Assembly (NCBI GenBank): GCA_964057225.1
Contig: OZ059895.1
Location: forward strand, 14,756,001 to 14,820,000
Length of the DNA: 64,000 nt
Direction: 5' to 3'
Source: Auanema rhodensis
Lineage: Eukaryota; Animalia; Nematoda
The position numbers were made by a program, and so were the translations under genes. The notes below the pieces were generated by a model that saw only the letters and a list, made by a program, of their open reading frames with translations, was not told where the DNA came from and searched no databases. This document shows positions 14,151 to 28,564 of the stretch, piece after piece; the first letter of the stretch is position 1, and every line of letters starts with the position of its first letter.

Positions 14151-16662
14151 GAAATTGGATAGGAAGGAATAAAAGCAAAAAACTGGTATATGAATAGTAT
14201 TAGTTATAGTAAGCGAAAAAAAGAGATTTTATTACATGAAAAAGGACGTTGTTGAAAGATTTAATGAAACAAAAGCCATTTTGACCATAGATGAGTTGTG
14301 GAAAGACGATAGATCTGAGCTTATCAGACAGTGATGAGTGCACTTAGCTTCATGTTCAACTTGTATCTTAAAGCACTGTCATGATCTCACTCTACTTTGG
14401 TTCTGTTATTGAGTCATCATCATGTTCATAGTTAGGAAGTAGAAGTAAAGCCTTTGCTTGCATCACTATCTCAGATCATCTCCTCTTTAGGGTGATGATG
14501 TTGACCATAGCCATATACGTATGTCCATTTTCCTTCATCTTTTTTTTTCTTCTCTGTATCTATCTAACCATGCATGTATGGTCAACACAAAAGTCTCAGA
14601 TAGTTAGAAAAACTGGTATCTGGTGGTAGTGGTGGAGGGGGGGGGGCTATTTCTCTGTGTGGTAGATGCTCGTTGGCCAATAATGCGACAAACTAGGAAT
14701 AGAAGAATATGATGAAGAAAACATAGAATAAGAATAAAAGATAGAGAGAGAGAGAGAGAGAAAGAGACATAGACATAGGGAGAGGCATAGAGAGAGAGGT
14801 GGTATACAGGGAGAGTTGTGACGAACGAAGGGCAATTGACAAACAAGCAACAACAAGCTATATCCGAAGAAGTAGAGAATGAGTTGACGAAAATGGAACT
14901 TTTGGGGAAAACATCAAATAGACAAAAAAGCTTACACAGCCAGCAACCACATCCCCAAAAATATTCAATTATACAATCTATTAAGAAAGAAAATAAGAGA
15001 GAAAAAGAGAGAGTAAAAAAGAAGGGAGAAGGGGGGGGGGGAGAATTACATAACAAGTTAGACGATATAATTATATGAAATAAGAAAAAAACTTATAAAA
15101 AAGAATAAACTGGGAAAAATAAAGAAAGAAGAGAAAGAAAAACAGAATAAGAGTATCCAAAGAACAACCAAAGTTTGGGATTAATATGTTTTAGGTTTAG
15201 CGCTACCTAAAAAGGTTCAATTGCTTCACAATTTTTAATAAACTTAATCAACTTGGAACAAAGCCAAAATATATTTATATTATCAAAACAATTTTATTTT
15301 TCAAAAATCAACGAAATTTTCTTTTATTTTTCTAGTTTATACTTTGGAATTAACTTTCGAAGATCAAAACTATTTGAATGAACATTGGTATTAGATACTG
15401 TATTGAGTTACTAATAGATGATTTCAACATGAGGATCATTGGCTCATTCGTTTGGCGCATTTCGTTACAGTACTACTGAGCTGATGATGCAATAATGAAT
15501 GTTTTAGAATGGAAAAGTGAAATATGAAAGGATACTACGAACAAGATATTCGATATATACGACATGATCTTCCGATTCACAGCTCGCTACGTTGATTCTG
15601 AACGTTTTTGACGATTTCTTCCACATCTGTCACTAAGCCACAATTTGTGTTAACCGACTGAAGGAATTACTGAACTCACTGAGCAGCACTAACAAGAGAT
15701 GAAGAGAGAGAGAGATAGAGGTAGAGAGGAAGTGAGAGAAAATGTCTTCAATTTTCAAAATTGACAAGCCGACAAGTAAGACAACGGACGTTATGCCGTC
15801 ACCGTTTTTTCTTGTTTGATGTTGCCGACAAACCATATCTCAGTACAAGGACAACAAGCCGGCTTAGAATACGTGAGCAGTACAACCAGCAAGACAGTTT
15901 AAGCGATTTATGACCATTTAAATGAGCAAACCAATGATCTTCTCATACAGTAAGTTTGCCATTGACGATGAGAAATCAATTAAAACTGCTCTTTCTGAAC
16001 GTTTTTCAAATAAAATAAAGAAAACTCTTAGAAAAAAAGATGGAAGCGGTTGATATTTTAATAGTTTGAACTTATTTATTTTGTATTATTTATATTTTTG
16101 TATAATTTTATCTATATATCCAATGTTTCACGTATATATTACGTGAAATTCACGTCCTTCACGTGATCTTTGCGTATTTTCATTTTAATCTTAAAAACAG
16201 TTAGGAACGGTTGCATGATTCATCATATATTCCAAATCTATTTTTAATTTATAAATCCTTCGCTTAATCGTTTTTGTCTAAAGTTTTTCCAAAGTTTCAA
16301 CGAAGTAACTAAGGCCAAGTACATTCAATTCTTCCATTACATTATAAACAACAACATGCATTCTGGCCTTGACGACTTTTTTTTCAAACAAAAAAGGCAA
16401 TTTTGTTTAAGGCCAAGTATATATTAGTTGATAAGGTGGGAAACATATATACTTCTCACTTCTTTCTATAAAAACTCAAGTTTTAGATTAATATACTGCC
16501 GCCTAAGAACTGAACTAAACAAAGATCATTCGTGAAAGAATTGGAAGAATTGAAGATCAAAAAACGTAGTTTAGTGCATAAATCGACTAATTTATAAATA
16601 ATATTAACCTTAAAAACATTCAAGATTAGTTTTTTAATGATTAGACTAAAATGCAAAAGAGT

Positions 16663-16734
16663 TGCCCCCAGACGGGATTGAACCGTCGACCTTCTGTTTA
16701 CGAGACAGACGCTCTGCCACTGAGCTATAAGGGC
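16663..16734 (-). tRNA. tRNA-Thr(CGT)
   Basis: Reverse complement GCCCTTATAGCTCAGTGGCAGAGCG TCTGT-CT-CGT-AA-ACAGA AGGTCGACGGTTCAATCCCGTCTGGGGGCA: cloverleaf with A/B boxes and a downstream T4 Pol III terminator. Confidence 0.96.
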
Positions 16735-17381
16735 ATGGGGAGACGGTGGCTAGTATATACTTGTCAATGCGAGATATATATTGCTGCTTGACATGCTAGT
16801 AATGTTTCATTGTTCCTAGAGCTATGGTACCCTATGAGCCGCAAAACACAACAGAACCATGTTTTGTTTGATAAACTGAAACTACAGAGAAGATGTGAAT
16901 AACAAATTAAGAAATATTTTAAAATGAATTAAAACACAAAGAAATCCAATAAAAACTTTTATTAAACATAAATAATTTTAAAAAATCATTATAAAATGAC
17001 CTGATGAATATAATAAAATAAATTAAAACAACAAACTTATAATTTACAGTTTTAAACTTGAATTTAAAAAAAATGTGATCATGTTGCAATAGGTTGGCTA
17101 ATAAAAAGTTTTAAAAATATTCTGAGCAGAAATAATAAAATTTGAAAAGTTCAAACTATTTGAGTATCATTCTATTAGCATCTATCTATCTCATTTATTA
17201 AAGAAATTAACTATATCTATGACCTTCAGAAGTAAAAAGCTTTTGGAACCTGAAGATATCAACTTCGTTTTCTGGGAAATCATAATATCTTCAAGCTTAA
17301 AGCAATTGAGAAGTTATTTGGTCATAATTCAACAAAGTTAAAGAGTTTAATTGATTCTACCTGATATAGTCATCGCATTCT

Positions 17382-17385
<4 letters not shown>

Positions 17386-17433
<48 letters not shown>

Positions 17434-17438
17434 CTATC

Positions 17439-17503
<65 letters not shown>

Positions 17504-17510
17504 CTCTCTC
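17386..17510. repeat. (CT)n/(CTAT)n compound microsatellite
   Basis: Direct; polarity opposite to most of the GA runs to the left. Confidence 0.95.
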
Positions 17511-18172
17511 ATTCTCCCATTCTCTTTGTTGTAATACAACTTGGGGAAATAGCTTGAATGCCCCCCTTGCCTAACTATGCCAACTTTCAGCAATTTCTGA
17601 TTGTCTTGCAGTCATATATCTTGAAAACTTCACATTTCATCGTTGTCTCCTCTTAACTTAATGCTAATCCTTCGCCTAAAACCTTCTTCCGCAGCTGTTT
17701 CCGTCAATGTATAAACAGTTGCTGCTCCTTTTTTAATAAACGATCCATAGCTGGAATCTGATTAAGGCTTTAGCGGCTTTTCAAGTGCCACTTTGGCGAC
17801 AAAACATTGGCCAACGTTGGCCAACTGACCGCAGACAGATTAATGGCCACAACAAATGTTTCTTCGTTACACCACATCTTATGCAAGATTCTTAAAAGTC
17901 AATAACCCAATGACAAAATCGTATGTATTTCTTGACAAAGAATCCTGAGGATAGTCAGCTGAAAAATCAGAATTAAAAAAGGAAAAACGGGGGATCAAAT
18001 TGATTGAATCTCTTCATATGTCATCCATGTTGTTAATTATATCATATAATATAACGAATATACACATCTTAAATAAAATTTCAAACTCAAATAATAAAAC
18101 AAAAATCAGAACATAACTGAGTAAATAGAGTTTTCAGGTACAAAAACATGAAAACTATTCTATTAATTCTTA

Positions 18173-18943
18173 TAGGTGGTTGCATTGATTCCCGGCCCCC
18201 CTGTGAGAAAATCAAATTTTTATGCTAATTTTACAAAATTTTTTAAAACTAAATTCAAAATCTAAAAATTAGAATATTTTTAGAGCTAATAAAATTAAAA
18301 AACTTTACATTTTAAAAAAACTCTTTATTTTTTGAACGTTTTTTTTTTGCTTCCGTTATGAATGTTTCTCTTTTGCGCAACGCCCTTCTTCATCATTTTA
18401 ATGAAGGTATTTCTGCCAAAGAAACCTTCAGAAAAATGAAAGTTGTCTATGGAGATTCTTCTCCATCGTATTCAACTTGTAAGAAATGGTTTAGCCGCTT
18501 TAAATCCGGCGAGTTCGATCTCCAAGATCGTCCTAAACCCGGAGCTGCTGAAAAATTCAGCAACTGCGACCTTCAAAAGGTTCTCGATTGCACTCCTGGA
18601 GCAACGACAACGCTTCTGGAGCTGGGATGGACGGTTCTCAAACACCCCCTTACTCTCCAGACCTTGCCCCAACAGATTTCCATCTGTTTAGGTCAATGGA
18701 GCATAGTTTAAGGGGAGAGAACTTCAAAAACCTACAGGAAGTTGAAACTTTTGTTAAAAAATTTTTTGCATCAAAAAATAAAGTTTTTTTCAGGAAAGGT
18801 ATCAGAAGTTTGAAAGAGAGATGGGAGAAAGTCATTGCGAAGCAAGGAGAATACTAAAAATAATAAATTTTTTTCTCCAAATATGTTTTTTTGACTATTT
18901 TATAGGCTTGGTGGGGGGGGGGCGGGAATCAATGCAACCACCA
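18173..18943 (+). mobile_element. Non-autonomous, internally deleted mariner (Tc1/mariner) DNA transposon
   Basis: TIRs GGTGGTTGCATTGATTCCCG(G)CCCC (18175-) and GGGGCGGGAATCAATGCAACCACC (-18942), flanked by TA dinucleotides; the interior encodes transposase fragments. Confidence 0.93.
18358..18857 (+). pseudogene. mariner transposase remnant
   Basis: N-terminal HTH (VYGDSSPSYSTCKKWFSRFKSGEFDLQDRPKPG) joined at ~18610 directly to C-terminal LGWTVLKHP / PYSPDLAPTDFHLF...LKERWEKVIAKQGEY, with a frameshift near 18645. The first two catalytic Asp regions are missing. Confidence 0.92.
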
Positions 18944-19716
18944 TATTTTTTCCTATATAATGAGCAATTTATTATAAATATTAAAAATAAAACTTATTCC
19001 ATCAAATAATATGAGTCAAGCTCAAAATGCTGTTCTATTTTTCGAACTTTAAAGCCAAATAATAATTGAAAAAGCTGGATTCGACTGTACATTACCGATT
19101 GTATTCTATATACAATATAATATTTTAAATAATTTTATAAAATTATAAAAGATGGACAAATCGAGTATGTACATCAACTCATGTAGATTGTTCAGCTTGT
19201 TCAATTGAAACGAATTAGAGGAAAACCATCAAGTACTAATAATCTTAAACATTCAAATAACAATGAACTAAGACATGTAAAGAAAGACGGGAGAAAGACA
19301 TTGAGAATTGAGCTATTACTTGAGAGTTTTTGGAACAAACATCATATAGCTTCAACACTTTAATCCTTTGAATCGTTTTATATAAATAATTTTAGTTTAA
19401 AGCTATTATTTACGGCAATTAGTCAATTGTATTGGTAATTATATTAAAAATAAAAAGAAATTAATGAAATCTTCATGTATATGTAATATATGTGATAACA
19501 TGTATTAATTATTTTAAAAATGTCTATTATGGTAAGTTAATATTAGAAATAAAATTTAGATTATAATACATATTAAGTAAGGAATATATAGAGTAAGAGG
19601 AGGGTAATTTCTAAATTAGCATAATCGTATACTACAAGCTTCATACGAAAAGCAACCAGGAGATTTCGAAAATCACGCTGCTGCAATCATCATCAGATAA
19701 TCAATCAATCGATATT

Positions 19717-20980
19717 CTATGGAGATAAACGATACATATACCAATCTTTTTCTACAGCAACTCCAATATCTTTATCTAATGAGAATATGATGCGATCATG
19801 TAAACGATCACTTTGACCTTGCCAGAATTCAAAATATCGTGGAATGAGTTTGAAACCACACCTGCAAACAATGCTTATGACACATAGATTAATAGTTTAT
19901 AACAAGCATACCAAGACGTAGGACGTGTAATAGATGATTCACCTTCCTTCACAGACAATTCTTCCAATTCTTTCTTCTTATTCAATAAATGCTAAATATG
20001 TTTTCAATATCAATAGTCGTTTTTATAAAAGCATGACGTACTTCTCTGTTAGGAATTACAGTACTTTGCTCGCTGCTCTTTGAGCCAATACGAGAAGGTA
20101 ATGGTCGACTATTCCAATACTGTTCAGCTTCTGATTCAGGTAATTCCACTATTTCTCCTTCAACTCTTACCTAAAATATATAATATATCTTCTAATTATA
20201 TAAAGTTGAATATACTTGTCGATGTACTGTTGGCCAATAGAATAGCATACAAGCATTCTTATTTTCCGAAATATTTTGAATTTTTCGAGAAGATTTGTTA
20301 GTATAGAATGTGAATCCCTCTGAATCATAACATTTCATCAAAACCATACGTGATGAAGGTCGTAAATCTCTGAAACAAAACATGTTTTAATACAAATATG
20401 CTTTAATCAATAAGTGTACTTTCCGACTGTTGATATACAAACTGCATTTACTTCCTCAAATGCTAAATCTTTTCTTTTGGCTACATTTTTAAACCTTAAG
20501 ATACAATTTTGAATGTGGTTATATCAAATAATTTACCATGAATCATATAATTTGAAAGGATCTTGATGAGCAAGTTCAGATTCAAGTAGATATGGCTCTT
20601 CATTGTTAAAGTATGGGCGTCTCCAATCTAAAATTTACAAATTTGTCAATGTTTCAGAATAGTGTTGATAGGAGAGGTTGAGAAATAGTGAGAGAGAGAG
20701 AGCATAGCCATTAAGCTTATCAATAATGCTGGAAAGTAAAATCAATGAGTTCACCATTAAGATTAACAGGTACGTCACCCATTCTTCTAACAGCTACGGC
20801 TAGTCTGGTAAATCGTTGAACAAGAATTTTGCCTGTAATTTCAAAACAAATAAAAATTAATTTAATAATATAAAATATTTTAAAGAAGCTACAACGAATT
20901 TGAAAAATGGGAAAAAAAGAAAAATAAGGATTTAGACTAAAGGATATAAGTGCAACTAAACGTCCTGCTATGCACCTCAT
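19717..20980 (-). CDS. Pyridoxamine/pyridoxine 5'-phosphate oxidase (PNPO), multi-exon; start at 20980 or at the downstream Met ~20782
   Basis: Spliced: DPFKLYDSW...[10 protein letters not shown]...FTFYTN..SRK...[15 protein letters not shown]...YWNSRP..SRIG...[15 protein letters not shown]...YRLSP*; canonical PNPO motifs, GT-AG introns. Confidence 0.93.
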
Positions 20981-21458
20981 GAAAATCAATAACAATACTC
21001 GATAGAGCAAGCGAAAAGTTCATAAAACTTCTAATTTTATAGATAATTAAGTAATTTAGCAAAGCTCGCTCAAACTAAAACATTTCGAAATTGAACTGAT
21101 AACGGTAATGAGAGCCAAAAATCAGAAAATCGAAAGTAAGAAGAAGAGAAACTAAGAAAAAAAGTAATGAGATTGTGCAGAAAACATAAGAACGAGGACA
21201 TATTGATTTATATCGCACTATGATGTATTCCAAAGTTTTACGTGATATTTATTATCTTTTCTTGAAAATAGAAAAAGAAATAGTAGTAGAAATGTGGATT
21301 TATATCTGTTTTAACAATGAAGAAAAGCACATTGTATGTAATATTGAATAACTTATATCATCAATCATTTACCGAATACCGTAATAATCTTCAAAATTCG
21401 ATGATGTTTCACGTTTTAGACAAAATATTTGTTCTCCAAATGGAGTTCAAAAAAGTTT

Positions 21459-21532
21459 TGCCGCCAGCAGGGGTCGAACCTGCGACCTTGGGCTTATTAG
21501 ACCCACGCTCTAACCGACTGAGCTATGGCGGC
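21459..21532 (-). tRNA. tRNA-Ile(AAT)
   Basis: Reverse complement GCCGCCATAGCTCAGTCGGTTAGAGCG TGGGT-CT-AAT-AA-GCCCA AGGTCGCAGGTTCGACCCCTGCTGGCGGCA, followed by a T-run terminator. Confidence 0.96.
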
Positions 21533-22370
21533 ACACATGTGAGCTTATTTTTTTCAAATGATAATGTTTCTGTTGAATTATGTCGTGTTATTATACCTAA
21601 ACTTAATGGTGACGTTTGTTTCAGATTACTAACGTGACACCAACCACTTCTTCCATGGCTGCAAAGTGTAAATGAATTCATTTTCCAATCGAATTCTTGC
21701 ATATCCGGCTGTGTTTGTATTGTTTTAACTATTTTTCCAACCGTTCCCGTTCTCATATTTCCTTTTACAACTTATCCTGTCATGCACTTTAGATCTGTTT
21801 CCGACTGTTATAATCATTTGTTATGAGTAAGATTAATTTTACAATCATCATGAGAATTGAATTCCTTAGCTTTAGGGTGTGGAACGAAAAGTAAAACTAT
21901 TGAACATGTGGTCAGATTAGTCCAGCCCACCCACATCTCTCCTCAAACCAAAATAGGGCAATATGATAAGAAACCTACTCCATTCGATTAGGTGCTGTTC
22001 TTCCTGTGTCTGTGGTGATGTAGCACGTTGACCCAGTGATATCAAAGCTTCTCTTATTTGTCTATGAGACTCAAAGACATATTAGGAGCAGCAGCAACCT
22101 AGGAGTGAGTTAGTAAGACTACCCGCCAACCCAGCCAATCATACGACAGCTTACCAGTTGTCCGCCAGACTATTTCTTATTCCTTTACTCTATTTGGCTA
22201 TCTATTTCTATTTGTATATTTAATCTCCATAGCTGTCACACATCACTCATTTATCTATTTTAGTTGATTGCCTATGTCTATGCTATCATCAACTATAAAT
22301 CTAACCCATGTTTTATTTATTTTTTTTTTCAAATTAATTATTTTCTATAAGAACTATAAGGCCAGACGTA

Positions 22371-22407
<37 letters not shown>

Positions 22408-22920
22408 CTTCCCTTCTCTGTATGCAAGCTCTTCATTGTTCTCTTCTTCTTATTTTTCTTGATTATATTATTTATTTGTTAATCAATCAGTATACATGTT
22501 TTTAATTTTGTTTTCTTCACAATAAATGTTGATATTAGGCAATTGGCCAAGCTTTTTGTAGCTTTTTCAACTTACTTAAACAGACTGTGGTTCATGAAGA
22601 TCATGGTTATCTTGACTTATGACGCCTCACTTATATCTTATCAGCTTAAAGAGAACTTAAAGCAGCTTTAAACTTTTTTGATTTTTCTATGTATGTAGTA
22701 TAGTTGAACCTCATTCTTGAGAGTGTAAATCACTAAATTTTAGCACTTCACAGCATATTGCTATACCCCTTACTATATCACTTTATCTTTGAAAATATGC
22801 ACCGACCAGACTCTTTTTCTCTTCCCCTCTTCCTCTCTTTATAGCTCGTTTCAATATAGCATTCTTCTTTGTGGTTTGATTTCATTGTTCCGTTTTTGCA
22901 GCAAATAAAACTTTGCCAAG

Positions 22921-24211
22921 ATGGCGCTTGATATCAAAGAAATGGTTCGCAATTTGCATCGCATGAGATTAGAATTAGAAAGATCTCTGAATAATGAGAA
23001 TGATCTATTAGTTAGAAATGGATCTATTGTTGGACGTAAACTTCATGTTTTTAATACAATTCGAACTTTAAGAAGAAAATCTCTGTTACTGGTAATTTCT
23101 TTCCTTCTTCTCAACACTAATCTGGTAATCAATCAAAAACTTTTATAGAGAGATTATATTGCTGAGGAAGAGAATTCAGTTATCATTTACATAACAACTT
23201 GTGGAATTTTCCGAGCTGTATGGGAAAGATGTCAACAAGCTGTGCAATTACTGCGAGCCTTGAATATAAAGGTAATTTTACCATCTTTTCACTTTATCCG
23301 CTATTGAGAAAATATTTAAAAAGAGAAACTAATCCTTTTCAGATTGAAGTACGAGATTTAAATTTGGATCCCAGCTATGTATTCGAATTACTGGATCGCA
23401 TGCAACTGCTCCCTGTAAGTTTTCCCATTCTAATGTTGTCAGCAGTTAGAGTTACAATCTGAAAAACATGAAATATGATAGATGAAAGTGAACAAATTCA
23501 TGATTTTTCGTTAATAGGATGATCGTGAATTAGTTTTCGACAACTTGCCCATGGTTTACGTCAATGGAAAATATTTTGGGGTTTGTCTTCTAAAGCCAAT
23601 TGGTATTTCACAGTTTTTTTTTTCAGAACGACGAAACACTTATCTTATCAAATGAAAAGAAAGAGCTTTCGGATCTGCTGAAAGATTTTCAGGTGATTAT
23701 ATATTTTATTCTTTATACCATAAACCATTAACTATATGTATGGCCATTACGCTGGGCTATAAAGAGATAACACAAATGTCATGCTTGTGATAAGCAAATC
23801 ATCAGTCACATTAAAAAATTTGAAGAATGCTGATATCAATCAATAATCAAAATTTGAATACCGCGTCATACTGTGTACCCATCTCACGTGAACGCTGATG
23901 CACCGACTCTTGTTATGATTATTATGCATGGCTAAATCGGTTGTTTCCTGCTCATGATTCAAACTTTCAGTTGATTCACGAGATTATAAATCAATAGAAT
24001 TTTAAACGATTTTCAATAAAACAAACTATTTAAGGGTCGTACAAATTGTTCAACATGCAATGGCGCTGGGTATATCGTTTGCTCCAAATGTTCAGGAAGT
24101 AAAAAAGCTACAGGAGATGCTTTCTCTATTCGCTTGAAATGTGCCAGTTGTGATCAAAACGGAATAGCACCCTGCCAGTTCTGCACTCCAAGAGCATGCA
24201 GGCAGCTGTAG
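22921..24211 (+). CDS. Glutaredoxin-domain cysteine-rich protein (GRXCR1-like), ~223 aa, 6 exons
   Basis: Exons 22921-23091, 23149-23271, 23343-23414, 23518-23580, 23627-23692, 24035-24211 splice in frame: VIIYITTCGIFRAVWERC...IEVRDL...LPMVYVNGKYFG...CSTCNGAGYIVCSKCSGSKK...LKCASCDQNGIAPCQFC, the family-typical GRX domain plus four CxxC. Confidence 0.88.
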
Positions 24212-24532
24212 TTCATAGTTTACTTTGTCCCTTTCCTTTCTAATTTCATAATATACGAACAAATGTCCCAAAAATAGAATTCAATATTGGAATATGATCT
24301 CTTCGACAAATTGGAGGAAATTGAGAAAAAAACTTTCAAATTTATTTATGCATTTGTACAAAGAGAAAGACACGCCTTTATATGATTATCACACAAGTTG
24401 AGTTCATGCGTTGATTATGAAAAGATTTGTTATTTATACCATGACTTAGATAATTATTAGTTGAGATCACTTAATGAATAAAGTTTCAAATTATGAATAC
24501 GTACATATGAACAAGATAAATTATGATTGTTA

Positions 24533-27970
<3,438 letters not shown>

Positions 27971-28564
27971 CTAAAAACTCAAAATATCGGTTGTTTATAT
28001 GGAAATTCGCATAAAACACGTGAAAGATATTAATGGTATGCTATGAAAACCAGTTGTGAAATTAAAAATACAAAAAAGAATAAATACTTTAACTATTTAT
28101 GTAGCAAAGCGATAATAATATACATTAGTTAAATCAATCGTATACTTAATATACAGCCTAATACGACCAAGAATGACGAACATAGGCTAACATGGAAAAA
28201 GGGCAGGAGGGATCAAGCATATCATAGAGTAGCAAGATAGGAGAAAGAAAAGAAAAAAACTGTACAAGATCACTGCGATAAGAAATTCTGAGAATATCGC
28301 AAACATTTTTCTAAGAAAAAATCAGAAATAAATAGTTGAAGTGAGTCTAATAATTCGTAACCAGGATTCAAAACTACCGTCCATTAAAGACCAAGCAAAT
28401 TGTTAAAAACTGCACACAAGAAGCAAAAAAAATTAATTTAGATTAGAAGAAAATGAAAATAAATTAAGACAAAGCATAACCAAATCGAGACTTGCCTAGC
28501 AGCATATGCATAAATAAGTGAGATTTTGCGCGAATTTTAAATAAATATATTCAGAAAGCAAAGC

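Noticed and set aside
426-17557. Dozens of LSLSLS / ERERER ORFs in the ORF track
   Set aside because: Translations of GA/CT microsatellites and purine-skewed DNA; no splice structure or recognisable domains.
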